NCBI GenBank assembly: GCA_008080735.1
Contig: SHMW01000082.1
Location: forward strand, 1-19,358
Length of the DNA: 19,358 bases
Source of the DNA: Promethearchaeota archaeon
Lineage (GTDB): Archaea > Asgardarchaeota > Lokiarchaeia > Sigyniarchaeales > SOKP01
Direction: 5' to 3'
Position numbers and translations under genes: made by a program. The notes under the pieces were generated by a model that saw nothing but the letters and a program-made list of their open reading frames with translations, had not been told where the DNA came from and did no database searches. Below, one piece after another: positions 16,944 to 19,358 of this stretch; position 1 is the stretch's first letter, and the number at the start of each line of letters is the position of its first letter.

Positions 16944-17402
16944 TTATTTTATGTTTTTTCCTGTTAATTTTTCGATAAATCGTTCCAAAGACCTTCTTAA
17001 GATTTTTTTGAGAATTTCGTAATTTAAGTCAATTTCGATGTCATTATAGTGGAAGTCGTCAAACTTATAAAAGGATTTAAAAACGTTATCAGTTAAAATG
17101 ATTTCTTCGACTATATCTTTCAGGAAATCGTAAATTAGACTGCTATCATATTCAGTTTTCATAACCACAGAAATCATAGCCATTTCAACTCCACCTCGAG
17201 CCCATTCTGAGGGGATTTCAAAATACAAATTGACAATACGTTGTCCCTGATTAATTAAAACAATTTCAAAAAATTCTTCTTCAATATCGAGATCGAAGAA
17301 TCTCAACACTTTATTTCGCACTGAGGAGGGAATATTCTCTGGATAATTTAGAAAAATGACGGGACCTTTAACTCCATGGAAATGTGTCAATACAAGAAAC
17401 AT
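16944..17402 (-). CDS. Longin/uDENN-like domain protein (eukaryotic-signature type)
   Basis: The N-terminus LTHFHGVKGPVIFLNYP resembles the F....GP.....P start of uDENN/NPRL2-type longin domains. A later ARGG...ISVV segment fits the same type. Confidence 0.55.
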   Translation of the reverse strand: MFLVLTHFHGVKGPVIFLNYPENIPSSVRNKVLRFFDLDIEEEFFEIVLINQGQRIVNLYFEIPSEWARGGVEMAMISVVMKTEYDSSLIYDFLKDIVEEIILTDNVFKSFYKFDDFHYNDIEIDLNYEILKKILRRSLERFIEKLTGKNIK

Positions 17403-17502
17403 CTGCCTAATTAAATCGTATTATAATCTAAAAATAGAGTAAGTAAATAAATAATTATTGATAAGTGAAAGCTTTAATCGGAATATAACTAACTAAAAGA
17501 TC

Positions 17503-18261
17503 TTAAACTCGATTTTTCCGAATCAATTCTCTAATTTTATTATAAGAGCCTATCAAGTCCTCAACTTTTTCTGAGGCTAATCCATCTTTAGGAATTCCTT
17601 CAAATATAGCACCACCATTGGCTAACACGAGCATCTTATCCGCCCACTCTTCCACGAAAAAGAGATTATGCGTCGTAAAAAGGATTGTCATCTCATTCTC
17701 TTTTCTGAGAGCTTCGATTATCTCCAAATGGTTTTTAATCGATTTGAAATCTAAATTCGCGAACGGCTCATCCAAGATCAATAAATCAGGTTTTAAAACT
17801 AAAAGTCCTGCCAAGCATGCCCTCTTCTTCTGTCCCCAAGAAAGATTAAACGGAGATTTGTTCCTATAGTCTATTAGATCCACTGATTTGAGAGCCCAAT
17901 CAACACGTTTTTTAACCTCTTCCTCGGGAAGTTTTAGATTACGCGCTCCGAAGCTCACATCCTCTCCGACTGCAGGTGCAAATAATTGATCATCGGGATT
18001 TTGAAAGAGAAACCCAATCCTCTGACGTATCCTCCATAAATCCTCCTTTTTTCTGTTCTGTTTCTCCCCAAATATTTTTATACTGCCAGAATCGGGCTTC
18101 AATAAGCCCACCAATAATCGAAGTAATGTTGTCTTTCCCGACCCGTTGTTCCCGATCAAGGCATAAATAGAATTTTGTTCTATTTTGAGTGAAACATTAT
18201 CCAATGAAAATCCAGACTCATAGGAAAAATTCAGATCCTCTATTTCTACGGAGTAAATAAT
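17503..18261 (-). CDS. ecfA: Energy-coupling factor (ECF) transporter ATPase, EcfA/CbiO family
   Basis: Walker A GNNGSGKTT, Q-loop FQNPDDQ, signature LSWGQKKR, Walker B LLILDEP, and TH. The first canonical start is TTG 18204, but conserved N-terminal sequence extends to about 18261 (ATT). Confidence 0.9.
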   Translation of the reverse strand: MIYSVEIEDLNFSYESGFSLDNVSLKIEQNSIYALIGNNGSGKTTLLRLLVGLLKPDSGSIKIFGEKQNRKKEDLWRIRQRIGFLFQNPDDQLFAPAVGEDVSFGARNLKLPEEEVKKRVDWALKSVDLIDYRNKSPFNLSWGQKKRACLAGLLVLKPDLLILDEPFANLDFKSIKNHLEIIEALRKENEMTILFTTHNLFFVEEWADKMLVLANGGAIFEGIPKDGLASEKVEDLIGSYNKIRELIRKNRV

Positions 18262-19049
18262 TTTAAGACCCCTATGTATATATTTTGTAAATCAATAAAT
18301 ATAATAAGCAGAATCATCATTAGAATGAATCCAATAAGAATTATAATATCGAACACTTTTACTCCTCTTGGAGCGAAAGTAATCTTACCCGAAAATCCCC
18401 GTAATTTTAGACTCTCATATAACTTCTCACTTCGTTCCATATTCATCACTATGCTTTTTCCCATAATAAATGCGTGAGCTTTCAATTTTTGCCAATATGA
18501 AGTCACTTTTTTGCCCCTAAGTTCTTGAGCTTCAAGGATTTTACGATTACTCGTCGCCAAGATGGGAATGTAATGGAGCAAAATAATTAAACTCCCCACA
18601 AACATCGAAGGTAATCGCGCTTTGGTTAACGCTTCAATAAATTCCGAATAACTTAATGAGGAAAAGAACGCCATAAATCCGAAAATGGATGCAAATATTC
18701 TCAAAAAGAGTAAAATTGCGAGCTCGAGACCTTCTTGATAGATGGCTATCTGAATCCCTATATTTATCGTATATAACAGCGTATTCCCAATATATAATGG
18801 AAGAAAAATTACCAGTATAATAATTAATGGAAGTATAAGTTTAACCCTTGAAAGGATTCGTTTGAATGGTAATCGACAAATTGGTATCAAGAAAATAAAA
18901 AAAAAGATAATGGTAATTATGAGAAATAGGTCCTTGAGAACCAATATCGGAATTATTATGATGAATGGTAATATAAATCGAACTAAAGGATGGACTTGTT
19001 CCAATGGGGTTGGCTCATTCTCATGCCGAAAGGGGAGTATAGTTTTCAT
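18246..19049 (-). CDS. ecfT: ECF transporter transmembrane T component, EcfT/CbiQ family
   Basis: Hydrophobic protein with HP...F near the N-terminus and coupling motifs AQELRG and ERSEKLYESLKLRGF. Directly upstream of the ECF ATPase. Confidence 0.9.
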   Translation of the reverse strand: MKTILPFRHENEPTPLEQVHPLVRFILPFIIIIPILVLKDLFLIITIIFFFIFLIPICRLPFKRILSRVKLILPLIIILVIFLPLYIGNTLLYTINIGIQIAIYQEGLELAILLFLRIFASIFGFMAFFSSLSYSEFIEALTKARLPSMFVGSLIILLHYIPILATSNRKILEAQELRGKKVTSYWQKLKAHAFIMGKSIVMNMERSEKLYESLKLRGFSGKITFAPRGVKVFDIIILIGFILMMILLIIFIDLQNIYIGVLKLFTP

Positions 19050-19358
19050 GGGATATTCAGCGTGGATACTATTTCCATGTTTCTCTAAGATGGGTTTATT
19101 CTATATCTTTTTTGGTAAAGTTTTGAATAATAAATAACTTGGTTTTATGAAAGTTTATTTTTAGATAATAAAACATTCTTGGTTGAAGATAAAATTGATT
19201 ATTTGTTACTATTATTTAAGTTTTTGAGAGCAATTTTATTTTTTGATTTTCGTTCAAAATCAGTATTTTGGGAAATTATATTTATTTTTTTTAATGATAA
19301 TAAGTGTATATTATACTTAAGGATCTTTCTTGGGTTCCTATTATGGCTTCATACTATG

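Noticed and set aside
14906-19137. Short ORFs 14906-15172, 15394-15654, 16015-16221, 16046-16261, 17618-17869, 17976-18170, 18274-18477 and 18862-19137
   Set aside because: They overlap confident CDSs and show no independent coding signal.
19050-19358. Cobalamin or other riboswitch upstream of the ECF genes
   Set aside because: The region is very AT-rich, with no recognisable conserved box or stable stems.

Overview
AT-rich archaeal chromosome segment, most consistent with an Asgard archaeon (Lokiarchaeia-like), given TFB, ArcS/RaSEA, Gar1, two roadblock proteins and a longin-like protein. From the left: the 3' end of a type III-A CRISPR-Cas effector operon (partial csm3, csm4, csm5, cas6) with no array in the window, then a decayed ORF remnant and a convergent SIR2-domain/TPR protein. 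Housekeeping genes follow: ahcY, a tandem Lrp/AsnC regulator, arcS and raSEA, gar1, tfb, two roadblock genes, a Dph6-like ATP pyrophosphatase, an MBL hydrolase, a longin-like gene and ECF transporter A and T subunits. The most notable unannotated element is a ~280-nt minus-strand ncRNA at ~15678-15960. It folds by eye into three hairpin-ACA units with GAUGA K-turn/K-loop motifs, i.e. a multi-hairpin box H/ACA pseudouridylation guide RNA. Hairpin 1 has a pocket matching the conserved 23S rRNA segment UUUGC-U-A-CCUCGAU (E. coli 2496 equivalent). Two weaker structured-RNA candidates lie in other intergenic gaps. All folds and rRNA targets were worked out by hand, with rRNA consensus recalled from memory.
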